The notes under the pieces: generated by a model
Databases searched by the model: none
What the model saw: only the letters and a program-made list of their open reading frames with translations
What the model was told of the DNA's origin: nothing
Part shown: positions 36,918-50,736 of the stretch, piece by piece
Layout: every line of letters begins with the position of its first letter
How positions within the stretch are numbered: the stretch's first letter is position 1
Made by a program: the position numbers and the translations under genes
Source: Eledone cirrhosa
Taxonomy: Eukaryota
Length of the DNA stretch: 64,000 bases
Reading direction: 5' to 3'
Assembly: GCA_964016885.1 (NCBI GenBank)
Contig: OZ024746.1
Location: 34,348,001 to 34,412,000, forward strand

Positions 36918-37741
36918 TTAGAATTGGTGCTCTGAAATAGCGATATATATATGAAAGTATATATAGTGTATTTTGCAATACACTGTATGCTTAATTAAAA
37001 GCATTTCAAGACCTTACGCTATTGTTTTTGAGTAGTGACAGTCTCACTTACTTTAAATGTTCAGCAAACAGGGGAGATAAAGCTGGCAGTGCTCAGTTTC
37101 GTACTGATTGGTACATATCAAAGCCAAGTACTCCACCTGTTTGCTGAAAATCATGAATGTTTGATTCTTATAGAATTCTAGTAATAATCAGGAACTGATT
37201 ATATAGAGCCAGTCAGGCAGAAATTGAAAATAATAATTGGTGCTCTGAAATAGCGACATATATATGAATGTATATATAGTGTATTTTGCAATTTAAAGTA
37301 AATTTAAAGTAAGTGAGACGGTCACTACTCTAAAACAATAGCGTAACGTCTTCGAAATGCGTTTAATTAAGCATACAGTGTATTGCAAAATACATTATAT
37401 ATACATTCATATATATATATATCGCTATTTCAGAGCACCAATTCTAATTTTCAATTTTTGCCTGACTGGCAATCGCTCTGTATAATCAGTTCCTGATTAT
37501 TTTTAGAATTCTATAAGAATCAAACATTCATGATTTTCAGCAAACAGGTGGAATACTTGGCTTTGATAAGTACCAAACAGTACGAAACAGAGCTCTGTCA
37601 GCTTTATTTGCCCTGTTTGCTGAACATTTAAAGTAAGTGAGACTGTCACTACTCTAAAACAATAGCGTAAGGTTTTCGAAATGCTTTTAATTAAGCATAC
37701 AGTGTATTGCAAAATACACTGTATATACATTCATATATATA
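36918..37741. mobile_element. Retrozyme-like ~313-324-bp HHR repeat unit in an inverted tandem arrangement
   Basis: About 1.2 units at 36918-37292 (period 313: 36922/37235) and about 1.35 inverted units at 37302-37741 (period 324: 37302/37626); one HHR per unit; many hairpins; (TA)n at both outer ends. Confidence 0.8.
37559..37603 (+). ncRNA. Hammerhead ribozyme, U3-A8 variant core (more decayed copy at 37081-37125 on minus)
   Basis: GGCT-TTGATAA-GTAC(CAAACA)GTAC-GAAA-CAGAGCTCTG-TC-AGCT; 10-nt palindromic stem III; GUC cleavage triplet. Confidence 0.75.
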
Positions 37742-37745
37742 TATA

Positions 37746-38142
37746 TTGTTATACTTTGGGAGGGTCATGTTGCCAATAAGAAACACACGCACCAGTAGCT
37801 TTCACTTCAATTTATTATAATAAATTTATAAATTTAGGAATTTATAAATTTTCAGTTGGTTGGTTGGTTCCACAACCAGATGGTTGTTTATATATTGTCA
37901 ACGTTCTTTCATCACACATTCTGTGACCTCTTCAGTGACTGGGGAATATTTTCTTTGTTTTTGTGCCCCTCCTTTGTTCTGTCCTACGCCATCTTGTTTC
38001 TGTGTGTGTGTTGTGACACGACACACACACAGAAACTGGTGCGTTTCTCGTTGGCAACATGACCCTCCCAAAGTATAAGAATATCGGTTTCAACACACGT
38101 TTTCAGATAAAGAATCTTGCTAAACAAATTCAGAAAGGAAAT
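37746..38142. mobile_element. Non-autonomous ~400-bp derivative of the 9341-12815 PLE
   Basis: Left terminus and HHR (37897-37940, minus), then inverted terminus 38035-38081 and the 60-bp tail; in (TA)n. Confidence 0.88.
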
Positions 38143-38143
38143 A

Positions 38144-38219
<76 letters not shown>

Positions 38220-38620
38220 AATACATATAGTAATCAGTATAATCAAAGATGCAGTATCATATGTGCACGTGTTTGTGTGTGTGTGTGTGTGTGTACCTGT
38301 ACATGTTTGTGTATAGTAATATTTCTTCTACGTATATGATTTGAAACTTGAATAATGTTCTTCTTATTCATCAACTGTAGGCGACATTGTGAATATCCAG
38401 GAAGGTGTATAAATACATTCTTGTGTGGTTTGTCAAATACACAAAACCCAGCATAATATATGTGCATAGAATATACATACATGATTTATACAGAAATGAT
38501 TGTGTCACCATACGCAAATACAAAAACAGATGCTACACATATGTAAACATGCTAGTCCAAATAATTCTATCTCTATTGCTCCTCTTCATTTTTTCTCTCT
38601 TTCTCTCATTATTTCTCAGA

Positions 38621-38810
38621 TGGATGGATTGTCAGTATCGGTAGAGAGTCGGACTCCATGCTTTGACGCATAGAGTTACGGCCCTTGCCATTCTGAGTTA
38701 AAAACCCCCCGAGGATATCTTTGCCTTTCATCCTTACGGGGTCGATAAAATAAAGTACCAGTAACGCTCTGGGTAATTGCTGGCCTTGTGCCTAAAGTAA
38801 AAACAATTAC
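38621..38810 (+). mobile_element. tRNA-derived SINE, copy 5
   Basis: SINE consensus; TSD ATTAYTTCTCAGAT. Confidence 0.85.
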
Positions 38811-38834
38811 TTCTCAGATATTATCATTCTCATG

Positions 38835-39366
38835 TTGGTGGAAGTACACACTGAGCGGACGAAGTTAATGAAATCCAGTATTTATCAATATCATTATTTT
38901 CCGGCAGAATAATAAGAGTGCCGGAGAAAATGCTTCGTGGCATTTATTTAGAATCTGTACATCTTCAGCTCTAATCCTGCCGATGCTTGCTTTGACTTTC
39001 ATCAATTGGGCGTCAATAAAATATAATCGTTTCTACTTTTGGCACAAGGCCAACAAATACCCAGTACATTACTGGTACTTTATTTTATCGACCCCATAAG
39101 GATGAAAGACAAAGTTAACCTCGACGGGATTTGAACTCAGAATAAAATATAATACTAAGCAGGTACTACGGGCGATGTAATGTCTTTTCCCATCCCAAGA
39201 AATGGTTGGCCTTGTGCCTGTATGAGAAAATATTATTTTCTTGCCATTCTGAGTTCAAATCCCGCCGACGTTAACTTTGCCTTTCATCCTTACGGGGTCG
39301 ATACAATAAAGTACCAGTAATACACTGGGTATTTGCTGGCCTTGTGCCTAACGTAGAAACAAGTAT
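38835..39366. mobile_element. Nested SINE cluster: an older SINE plus two 5'-truncated young copies
   Basis: Young partial copies at 39027-39143 (-) and 39241-39366 (+), within or next to a diverged related SINE. Confidence 0.7.
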
Positions 39367-39445
39367 TTTCTGATTCGTGAATTATCTTCTCCTCCACCGC
39401 TTCTTCTTCTTTCTCCATATCCTCCCTCCCCATATCCCTGCTCAT

Positions 39446-39493
<48 letters not shown>

Positions 39494-39823
39494 CACTACT
39501 ACTACTACAACTATGTATTTACTTGGACAACATGCAAGTATGTAAGAGAGGAGAGAACACATCAACAGGCTCATATACATATATGTATACCTATATTTCT
39601 GTGTCTGAGTGTCTGTGGGTATGTTTTAGCATCCACATTTATTTGTGTGAGTGTGTGTGACTGTTTGCGTGTGGGTGTCTGTAATTGTGTGTGAGTGGGA
39701 AGGTTTTAGTCCAAGGTCAGAAATGTAAAACAATCGCAGAGAATATTTACAAAACGATTTATTAGAAATGAAAGTTTCTTTAACGTATACGTCTTCCGTC
39801 ATTCATCGGGAGAGTAAAGGAGG

Positions 39824-39877
<54 letters not shown>

Positions 39878-40228
39878 TAGAGAGGGGAGAAATAGAGAAG
39901 GGAGAGATAGAGAGAGAGGGGAGATGTATAGAGAGAGGGGGAGAGGGAGAGAGACAGAGATGCGAAAGTTACAAGAGAGAGAACTTTGAAAACAATGATA
40001 TAGATAAATAGAAAGTGTGTCTCAATAGTGTGAGAGAAGTAGGTAGGAGTTGAGGGTGTGTATGTTTTGTTTTTCTGAAAGAATTGGAGTATGCACAAGT
40101 AGTGGTGCATGTGTGTTTCTGTGTGCGTTTTGGCGTTGCAATAGCTGGTTGTCAGTGTTTGAATGTGTATAATATTAGCACGTTTATATGTGTGTAAAAT
40201 TCGATCTATGTATGCATGCGCTTTAGAT

Positions 40229-40303
<75 letters not shown>

Positions 40304-40327
40304 CGTGTGTGTGTGTGTGTGTGTATG

Positions 40328-40391
<64 letters not shown>

Positions 40392-41160
40392 TGGCTGTGT
40401 GTATGTGTCACAAGTGGATTATTTGCCTTCGTATTTGTATGTGTTTGTGTATATGTATTTTTGTGTATGTTGTGCAGGGCAGGATTACCTGCGCGAAGTA
40501 TAATTGTTAGGGTTTGGTATCTTAATGTATGTGTGTTTATGCGAGTACTTATGTGTGTTTATGCAAGTATTCATTGTGTTTATGTATATGAATGTTTTTG
40601 TTTGCCTGTGTACCTGTCCTGATGTGTGCTTGTGTGTGTGTGTGTGCGTGTGCGTGTGCGTGTGTATGTGTGTGTGTGTGTGTGCGCGTTTATGTGTGTG
40701 TATGTTCGATTAAAGCTTATCTATAATTGGTGTCTCTAGCGGATCAACGTTAATCAGTTTTGTGTAATTAAAACACAATATCTCGTGAAAGTACAATTTA
40801 ATGTAACGTATTGTATATCAGAATTTAAACATCCAAGATATAATGAAATCTAACTATGCTTAAAAAAATTTATATGTGTGTGTCTCTCTTCAACAGTCTA
40901 TTGAATGAAAACCAATTCAATACTTTCCTTTTATCAGTTGTTTCTTTATAAACATAAATGCCCATGCGGGTGCTTTAAGAATCGCCAATTTATCAGACTC
41001 GTATTTTAACTAGCTGACTCATATCTAACTAAAACCAAATTCAGTTTGTTTCAATGCGATTAAGCCGATGAATTGTTTTATGAAACATGTTCGATATCTT
41101 ATACGATGTATATTTTAACTATAATTATTTAACGGTGAAATATATCTATAAATATTTGGT

Positions 41161-41752
41161 ACTAGCAGTGGTAGCCGGCGTTGCACGGGATAAAGTATTT
41201 TGGAACGCGGGAAATCGTGGAAAAACAGCATGCCTCGACAATATGTAAAGAAAATAAACCGAATACTCTGAAGACTGGATAATCTTTAAGATTTTCCTCG
41301 ATGAAGCAGGAAAAATGTAGGTTTTCACCAAATGCGGGCCCTAGGGCATCAAGAAAATTAGTTGTTTATGTGCATAATATGCCTTTAAATTTCGGGAAAA
41401 TCGGCTACACGTAACGCCTAAATTAAGCCCTAAAAAGCTGAAAAAATGAAGGTATTCATCCAATGCGGGCCCTAGGCCATAACAAATTTGGATTTTCTTT
41501 GCTCTCGGTATGAAGAAGAGACTGACTAATACATAGTTACACTTTCAAGGAATTAAATCTCACGTAACGCCTCAAAATACCCTTTAAAAGCTGAAAAAAC
41601 GCAGTTTTTCACCTAATGCCTTACGGCATCAAAAAGTTGAATTTTTTATGTGCATAATACACCCTGAAAGATAACGCGGGCCGCCAACAGAACTAATCGT
41701 GGAAAAACTGCATGCCTGGACAATATGTTAAGAAAACAAACCGAATAATCTA
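41161..41752 (+). mobile_element. Helitron/Helentron-like non-autonomous element with internal tandem repeats
   Basis: Starts ACTAGCAGTGGTAGCCGGCGTTGCACGGG, typical of invertebrate HINE-like ends (from memory); internal ~130-155-bp repeats (AATGCGGGCCCTAGG..., CACGTAACGCCT...AAAAGCTGAAAAAA); ~55-bp duplication at 41214/41695. Confidence 0.6.
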
Positions 41753-41858
41753 ATGCAATTAGTATTAAGTATATATGTACATATGCATATAAAAACAATG
41801 TGTACATTTGTTAAGTAATATTAACATAAATTATCAGTGATCATTATTTAATAATTGA

Positions 41859-42049
41859 GGGCGGTGGATTGGCAGTATCGGTAGAGGGTCAGACACCATG
41901 CTTTCCAGCATAGTTACGTCCCTTTACGATCTGAGTTCAAATCCCGCCGAGGTTAACTTTGCCTTTCATCCTTACGGGGTCGATAAAATAAAGTACCAGT
42001 AATGCACTGGATAATTGCTAGCCTTGTGCCTAAAGTAGAAACAATTATT
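41859..42049 (+). mobile_element. tRNA-derived SINE, near-consensus copy
   Basis: Matches the SINE consensus; ATTATTTAATA on both flanks. Confidence 0.9.
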
Positions 42050-43408
42050 TAATATGTTAATGCAATTCACGAATTAAATCAAATAAGTCATTAAAATTTG
42101 ATTGTCCCTATGCACATACCTGAGTTAATTTAGCACGAATTTCTCATCGAACGTATAAATATTGCATAGAGAATATAAGGGACTATAAGAGTTTATTCCA
42201 GAAGCGGTATGACACATGATTCTGATACGCTCAGACATGACATCCTTAATCTAATGTTGGTAGTATATTTATATATATATGTGTGTGTGTGCGTATCTGT
42301 GTGTGAGCGGGTGTGTATGGGTGTGTGTGTGTGGGGTGGGGGTGGGGGGTAGACTGGATTAGTAGCTTTTTTAACAAAATTTAGAAATCAAGTAGTCTAG
42401 AGTACAATACTTAAGAATTTAATGAACTACCTCAAATGGATTAAATATGTAATCCACTGTTTCAAACTACAGTAGCTAATACTATGAGAACATTAACTCA
42501 ATTACATAGTTTAACTTCAGAATTTTCACAAAGCCTTGGTTTCCTAAAATCATTTGAGCACTTCTTGTTTAGAAACGTCATTGGAATTACATCGGAAAGG
42601 TAGAAAAATAAATTATATAATGCCTAAACACACACACACACACTCATATATATAGGTGTGTGTGTGTGTATATATATGTGTGTGTGTATATATATATATA
42701 ATATATATATATATTTATATATATACATATATGTATATTTTAATGTTTATATATATATATATTTATGTGTGTGTGTGCGTGCGTGCGTGTGTGTGTGTGT
42801 ATATATAGTTGCTTTAATTTAACCGTAAATTATGTGTTTTATGGCGAATTCTTCTAATTAATTTTCCCGTTTTAAATCAACAAGTATAAACATATTGAAT
42901 TGTTTAATTTTCTTCGCCGTATATTGAGACTGTCATAGGAATTTGGAAATAATAAATTATATTAGAAAATAATCAATAATTAACTACATATGCAAATACT
43001 TCACACACACGCACACCGACATAGATACGTATATCTCTATATGTCTGTATGTGTGTAGGGGGCGATTAATAGCCCCTATCTCCAAACACACTCACTCTCA
43101 TCCGTCTCTTCATTTTACTTTCAAAATATAACCAAAACATTACCTATACGTCCCTCTTTTTGGCCTAGCCATTGCCTCTTAACATAATTTTACAGCATCC
43201 ACCCGTAACTAACTTTCTATTTTGTTAAATCGATGAAGCACGTGGACAAACCTCAACCCATTAGTATAGAGATTGCATTTTGATTTGTAATCTTCCGATT
43301 CCTCGTACCTCAGACACGCAACTAAAGAGAGAGAGAGAGAGAGATGTAAAACCACGACTGCGACGCCAAGCGTTTAAGCTTGTATGTTCAGAAATCCTTG
43401 AAGGACCA

Positions 43409-43460
<52 letters not shown>

Positions 43461-44899
43461 ATATATATATATATATATATGAAGGGGTTGGTATAAACAG
43501 GGAGATGCGAGTGTGTTTATGCATCAACTATCCTAGAATATCTTCCCATAATTTTGTTTAAACTAATACTACTGTATAAAATTAGATTATTATGTATGAT
43601 CTAATATAATGATTAAAACAATTATGTCGTATGAATAATATGTATGTGAGTTAATTGCATGAGGGAAATGTGGCACGTAATGAAACAATGTCATTATAAA
43701 ATCAAATAATTTGAAAACATAAAATATACGTTATACTAAAGTAATAGGAAGCATTCGTATCTGGACACGTTTGAATATTGTTTATAAAATAAATGACTAT
43801 ACAATAAATGTAAATAGTTCAATATATAGTTATCAACATATAGTTATCAAACGTTTTGTTATGTTTAATCGGCTCTCATCAAACATGTGAACTTTTACTG
43901 TTTTCAATTACAGGGTACTGAAGAACTAGTGGGAAAAGATGTTTACTGCTCTAAAGTAAACTTAGTTGAATGTAATAACTGAAAGGTTTAATAGTAAATG
44001 CTAATTAAAAAGTTCAATGATAAAATGAATATAATTAATGGCAGGGCTTTAATTTTGTCTATATCTAAATAATTAATTGAATATATTAAATTGCGTGTTT
44101 CTGATTGATTTTATATTCTGGTATTTTCAATGCTATTCTGTTGTTTCCACGCAAGACATTTATTAAATTAACTTTATATAATTATATAATGAGCTGCTGG
44201 AACTAGGAATATGTATAGTTCATGTAAATGAAAATATAATTCATGTTGAAGATGTTTTCTACCTAGCTAATTTTTAACTTTATTTGTTTTATGTCCCCAT
44301 GTAATTTTAATTTCTTTGAGCTGCAAATCCAGATATCAAATGATGGTGGGGCTTCAGCGTTTCACTTTAGGAATAGGCTTTGATACTGTAATTTCCGGAT
44401 TATAACACCAAAATAATTCTTTCTGATACTAATATTTTCACATTTTCTTAAAATAAACTTGCAAATTATGTTGCGTACTTACGTCTGCCAAGTGAATCTA
44501 TTGTTAAAAATTAGCCGGTTGTCATTTAGTTACATTTTATCACAAATTATTTATAACGTTGTAGTCGAATTTGGATATTTTCATTTGTAGTTGTGTGGAG
44601 CATACTGAAAATCATCGATGTTGTATAAATCAACGATGGATGAGATAGTATTTAAGAAATTCGAAGATACAAACACACACTTTAAATGTCCAATTGAAAT
44701 ATATATTTGATATATAATGAAATATTTGGAATCTTAAGAATGCCATATGTAGCATACATAGCATATATAGTAAACATAGCATATATAGGCTAGCAATATG
44801 TCGTTTATTTTTAGAATTTTGTATAATGATAGTCTGAAAATATTAGCATTATAACCTTTAACATCTCTGTGCAGTACGGTGTCGATTAGTTCATGTTGA

Positions 44900-45065
44900 T
44901 AAGCGGCGAACTGGAACAGTCCTTAGGACATCGACTAGAATGTTTTGTGGTATTTGCAGTCCTCTCCTCTCTGAGTTCCAATCCTGCAGATGTCAACTTT
45001 GCTTTTCTTCCATTCAAGGTCGATAAAAAAGTACCAGTCTGGTCTTGGCGTCGACTATCATCCTA
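44900..45065 (+). mobile_element. Old diverged SINE
   Basis: CTGAGTTCCAATCCTGCAGATGTCAACTTTGCTTTTCTTCCATTCAAGGTCGATAAAAAAGTACCAG; similar relics near 29640-29830 (-) and 46270-46390 (-). Confidence 0.6.
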
Positions 45066-45469
45066 TATGTCTTTTTCAATTTCTATCATTCCGTGAAAGA
45101 AATCTGTTGTATTCAGACCTTGAGGCAGTTACTGGAAAAAACAAACAACAGTATTTTCACGAAAAGGAAATTTTGATTTTACATACGCATTCAAATGAGT
45201 CAAAGGAAACCGATAACCAGGCCATTTTTTTTAAATTTTATTTTATTTTATTTCATTTTATTTTATTTTATTACCGAATAAATAATATTTTGTTTTATAT
45301 TGTGTAAAATGTTATATTTCCTTGCAAATAAAATTATTAATCATACATTTCCAAGGTTTAGAAAAATTATTTCACATAACATCGACTGAACTATTTAAAC
45401 ATGAATGTCTCTGAAAGGATATATGTACGATATATTTTTGGCCTTCACTGTCCTAACACAGAATATTCG

Positions 45470-45599
<130 letters not shown>

Positions 45600-45604
45600 A
45601 TAAT

Positions 45605-45647
<43 letters not shown>

Positions 45648-46754
45648 AAACGCAGGAGAGTGTGTGTTCATTTTTCATTTTCATTTATCTATTAATTATT
45701 ATGTTTCTCCTCTCTATATTGTATTCTAAAGTGCTCAGGAAAACTCTTTCCTTTGAGCTCATTGAATTACAGGTTCACATATATATATACGTAAATATGT
45801 GTATGTGTGTGGGTATGTAGGTGGTTGTGTATGTAGATGTTTGTGCATTGTTGTATGTATGCTGTGTGCGAGCAATGTCAGAACTGCCGTTTAGCTGTTA
45901 TCTCTTATTTAGTCAATTGGAAATTAAATGCCAAATGTATGAAGGTAGATACATGCAGCCACTTACACACTAACCCTTTTATTCATATGTATGAATATTC
46001 AGACACGCAAATTGGCACATATCACAGAGTGCTTACACATTAAGACGCGAAGCGTAAATCTCATTTAAACTGACATATGTGATTTAACTAATACGGATAT
46101 AATTATCCAAACAATTAATCTCGTCGGATTTTTTTTTATTCTTTATAGAAATAGATTATACCCCTCGAGGATTGCTTAAACAATAATAACACTATCACCA
46201 CTACGACTACAGCTACTAATATTATTACTACTGCTTCTACACAGAAAACTAATACAGTTGATAATTGGTTTTAGTTTTGGCACAGGAAGTTAGACTAAAT
46301 CGACCAAAGTGAATCAATCGTCTTTGATAGCATCGACACTGCAAAGATGAAAGGAAAGTTATCCACGGAAAGATTTGAACTCAAAATGTAAAATAACATA
46401 TTTTATATACTGAAGAAATATTTTTTAGAGTAAGCTGTCCATAAAATACGAAGATATTATATGGACCAAACGTATCCAGGCCATTAAGCGTTTTGCATCG
46501 AATATTTCATATTCAACCAATCAATAACTAAAAGATCAGTGAAATGGGAGACATCACAAACAAAGTTAGACGCTTGGTCGTCTTTATCAAACCCTTAAAT
46601 AATTTTGGCTTTTAAGAAATTTCTTTCGATTAACACACCCCTTCACACAGCACAAGCAAATTATGTGATAAGAATGGAAACGTTACATACATACATGTAT
46701 GCATACATACAGGCACATACTGACATGCACACACACACACACATGCCACCATTA

Positions 46755-46791
<37 letters not shown>

Positions 46792-47244
46792 TGCTGTGTG
46801 TGTGTGGGGGGGGGGGGGCTTATATGTATACGGTGTGGTTTTGAGAAAAAAACACGAGCGTTCTTCAAGGGCAGGTAATTTCGCATTTAGCGATAGATAA
46901 ACAAACCTTTTAGCTAATATTAAGCGAGATCCATATCCAAAATAACTACCAAGTGGGGGGACTTGTACAAAGATAGAAATTCAATGAAATTAAATGCCTT
47001 GCAATCAAAATCATTTAGTCTCGTCTATACCATTATGCTCGGAATAAATTTGACTTCGTGTTGATAGCAACTAAAGCAGTCGGGGCGGGCATTTAAGCAG
47101 TATTTCCATGAAGCAGGTTGCAAAGGTTTATGCATATGTCTATATATACACAATGTTAGCAGTGTGAGAATAATACGGTGTATATATGAGAGTAACCCGA
47201 CGAAAAAATCGTTATACTATCGTCGCATTATACGATATTTATAG

Positions 47245-47302
<58 letters not shown>

Positions 47303-47473
47303 AGAGAGAGAGAGGGGGGGGGGAGTGAGAGAGAGCGAGTGACAGACAGAGAATAGTCAGAGAGAGTGGGGGAGAGAGATATAGAGAGGGAGAGAGCGAA
47401 AATGAGAGAGACCGATTATAATTAATATGATAAATGAAATTATAAGGGAAGAGTTCTCAAGAGATTAAACCAA

Positions 47474-47546
<73 letters not shown>

Positions 47547-47961
47547 CAGGGGGGGGGGCGTATAAGTGTGCGTGCGTGTTCGTGTGATTGGTATATGTGT
47601 GTGTGCGTGTGTCTAAGGAAATGTAAATATTACGAATGTCATCGAGTGGTAAATATGAAGTGTGATACGAATAATATATATCAATATTATGAGAGTTAAA
47701 AGTCACGAAACATTGCGGAAAAAGTTTATAAAAATTATTAAATATATCGAAAGAATGCGAGTGCTCGCATCGAAAATAAAAGAACGAAAGTATGAAAGAA
47801 TAATGAATAAATCATGCCCGAAGGAAATGAATGAAAAAATTGAAAAGTGGTGAAAATAACAAGGGAAGTAAGAAAGACTTAAGAAATGAAAATGAAGAAA
47901 ACATAAAATCAAGATATCTAATAAATATATGTAATTTTATATATATATATATGTCTCTGTT

Positions 47962-48027
<66 letters not shown>

Positions 48028-48616
48028 GAAATGTAAAGAAATGTGATAGTAGTGTTAGAGAGAATCGTGTGGCTTAGAGTGAGAATAATAATAACGATAT
48101 TAACGATAATAACGATATTCAGAGATAATAAATAACCTGGCAAAAGCCAATGAATTTAAGCAGAATTTCTGTGATGTAACTACTTCTATATTTGCAGCTG
48201 CTGCTACACCAGTAGCAATATTTGAAGTTGTGTTCGTGATTCTGCTGATGCTGTTTCCGGTAGAAGTGTCGTTCATTTTTTCCTTTATGCGCCATTACTC
48301 ACACAGTGTTGAACAATTGAATAACACCGTAAGATTTTATTATCTCAACAGATATCGCTTAGGTAACTTAGCTAAGTAATTCGAGTATTCGACCATTTTC
48401 ATTTTGTTAACAATATCTATTCAGCTTTTTTGTAAAAATAATAATAAGTGATGATGTTTAGGCTTATAAATCTATATATGAATTTATAGATAACTAAAGA
48501 GCTACGTTATATGTTTGCACCTTGAAATGTGTGATTATATTTCTGTAGAATAAGGATGGGCGGTGGAATTTGACAAAAACATTAGAAGCAGAGATTTGCA
48601 CATATAGACGTAGAAG

Positions 48617-48758
<142 letters not shown>

Positions 48759-49414
48759 TAGAGAGAGAGAGAGGGTATGAGAAAGGAAAGCATGAAAGGT
48801 AAAATCTTGATCAGATACCAGGAAAAATAAATCTATTTAAGTGAGACCTGAACGTAAATAAGAAGTATAAATATATAAATGTATATATGTATTTTATGTC
48901 TAGAGTCAGTGGCGTTCTGTAGCGAAGTCCAACGAGAATGTTATTGATTGTATGTTGATAATGCAACACCATGCTGGGCATTGCGACTCCTGTCAATAAA
49001 CACTATTATCTTCCCATGGAGAGTTAGTATGTGAACGGCAATCTTCCATTAGCTATTAGTAGGTTGTTACCATATGGAGAAAATTACTGACAAAATCAAC
49101 GGTGGTAGCAATCTGAAGTAAACGAGTGTATGTTTTTATGCCACCAATTCTATGCCACCAAGTTTATATCACAACATTACACGAGATGTCTTGTGTAATG
49201 GTAATTTTGTGATTCACTTTCGACAACTTCACGAAATCTACTCCCCACTGTCGACCACCACTTTGATACACACCCACGTTGGGGAAGATTTCTAAACAGT
49301 ATTCTAATTGTACCAATGTAGAAATAGACAAACACCTCCCCATATATATATATATATATATATTTCTATCTACACACATATGGTTATATATTTATGTATG
49401 TACGCATGTATTCA

Positions 49415-49611
<197 letters not shown>

Positions 49612-49699
49612 ATAATAATACATTTGAAGACTAAAATGCAAAGAGGGCTCGATAAGGATATATATATATATCAAATATATATGGACCGTCAAGTAAGTA

Positions 49700-50583
49700 T
49701 ATTTTTTTTAAAAGAACAGATTAAAGTTGAAGCAAAGAATCGCTGCTTTCGCCCTTAACGGGATCTTCTGAATCTAACAAAGTCAATCTGTGAACGCAGA
49801 AGTGAATATTTCAAAAAAACGTTGCAACCGGAGGAAGACAGGAATACGATACTTTGGTTCGTGGAGACGTTCCCTGGCAAAGAACGGGGTTGATAGAATG
49901 AAGTGCCAGTAAAGCATTGGGTTATTGCTGGCCTTGTGCCAAGAGTAGAAACAATTATTTGGAGCGGTGAAAAACAATTACACGCAAAGACAAAACCACG
50001 TTTATGGTATAAAAGAAGTCGTAGACAAATATTCTATTAGGTGGTTCATAAAGACGTTCTCAGGCAATGGACGAAAAAAAACGAAGATAATACGTCATAT
50101 GTGGAGCTGGGAGAACAATTGCACGTAAAGTCAAAGCCACGTAAATGGTATAACTGAAGTCGTAGACTAACATTCTAACTAGGAAACCGAATGATTCTCG
50201 GCTTTAGAGTTAAGAATAAAGTAAATAAAATACAGAGGTAATTGAAATAAATACATACACGCATCCATATACGTACATACACAAGCATACACATAAACAC
50301 ACACCCTACATACGTACGAACGCGCATCCTCACACAGACGCAAAACTCACGTATACACATAACCAAAAGTATATGTACCAGAATATATAATATATACGCC
50401 ATAACACATACAATCAAATATACGTACGTACTTTCATAAAACATACAGGTGAAAATAGTTACCTATACAAATAAGTAATGGTATAAACATAACATATACT
50501 TAGCTATCACATCAATAGTTTCAGAAGATCCCGTTAAGGTTGAAGGCAGCGATTCTTTGCTGAAACTTTAATCTGTTATTTTA

Positions 50584-50590
<7 letters not shown>
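49700..50590. mobile_element. ~890-bp non-coding element with ~75-bp inverted HHR-like termini
   Basis: 49700-49776 is the reverse complement of 50516-50590; consensus AGTTT-CAGAAGA-TCCC(GTTAA)GGGC-GAAA-GCAG..TTGC-TN-AAACT; internal ~70-bp duplication near 49970/50113. Confidence 0.6.
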
Positions 50591-50618
<28 letters not shown>

Positions 50619-50621
50619 GAG

Positions 50622-50704
<83 letters not shown>

Positions 50705-50736
50705 TAGGGAGAGAGAGAAATAGAGAGATAGATAAA

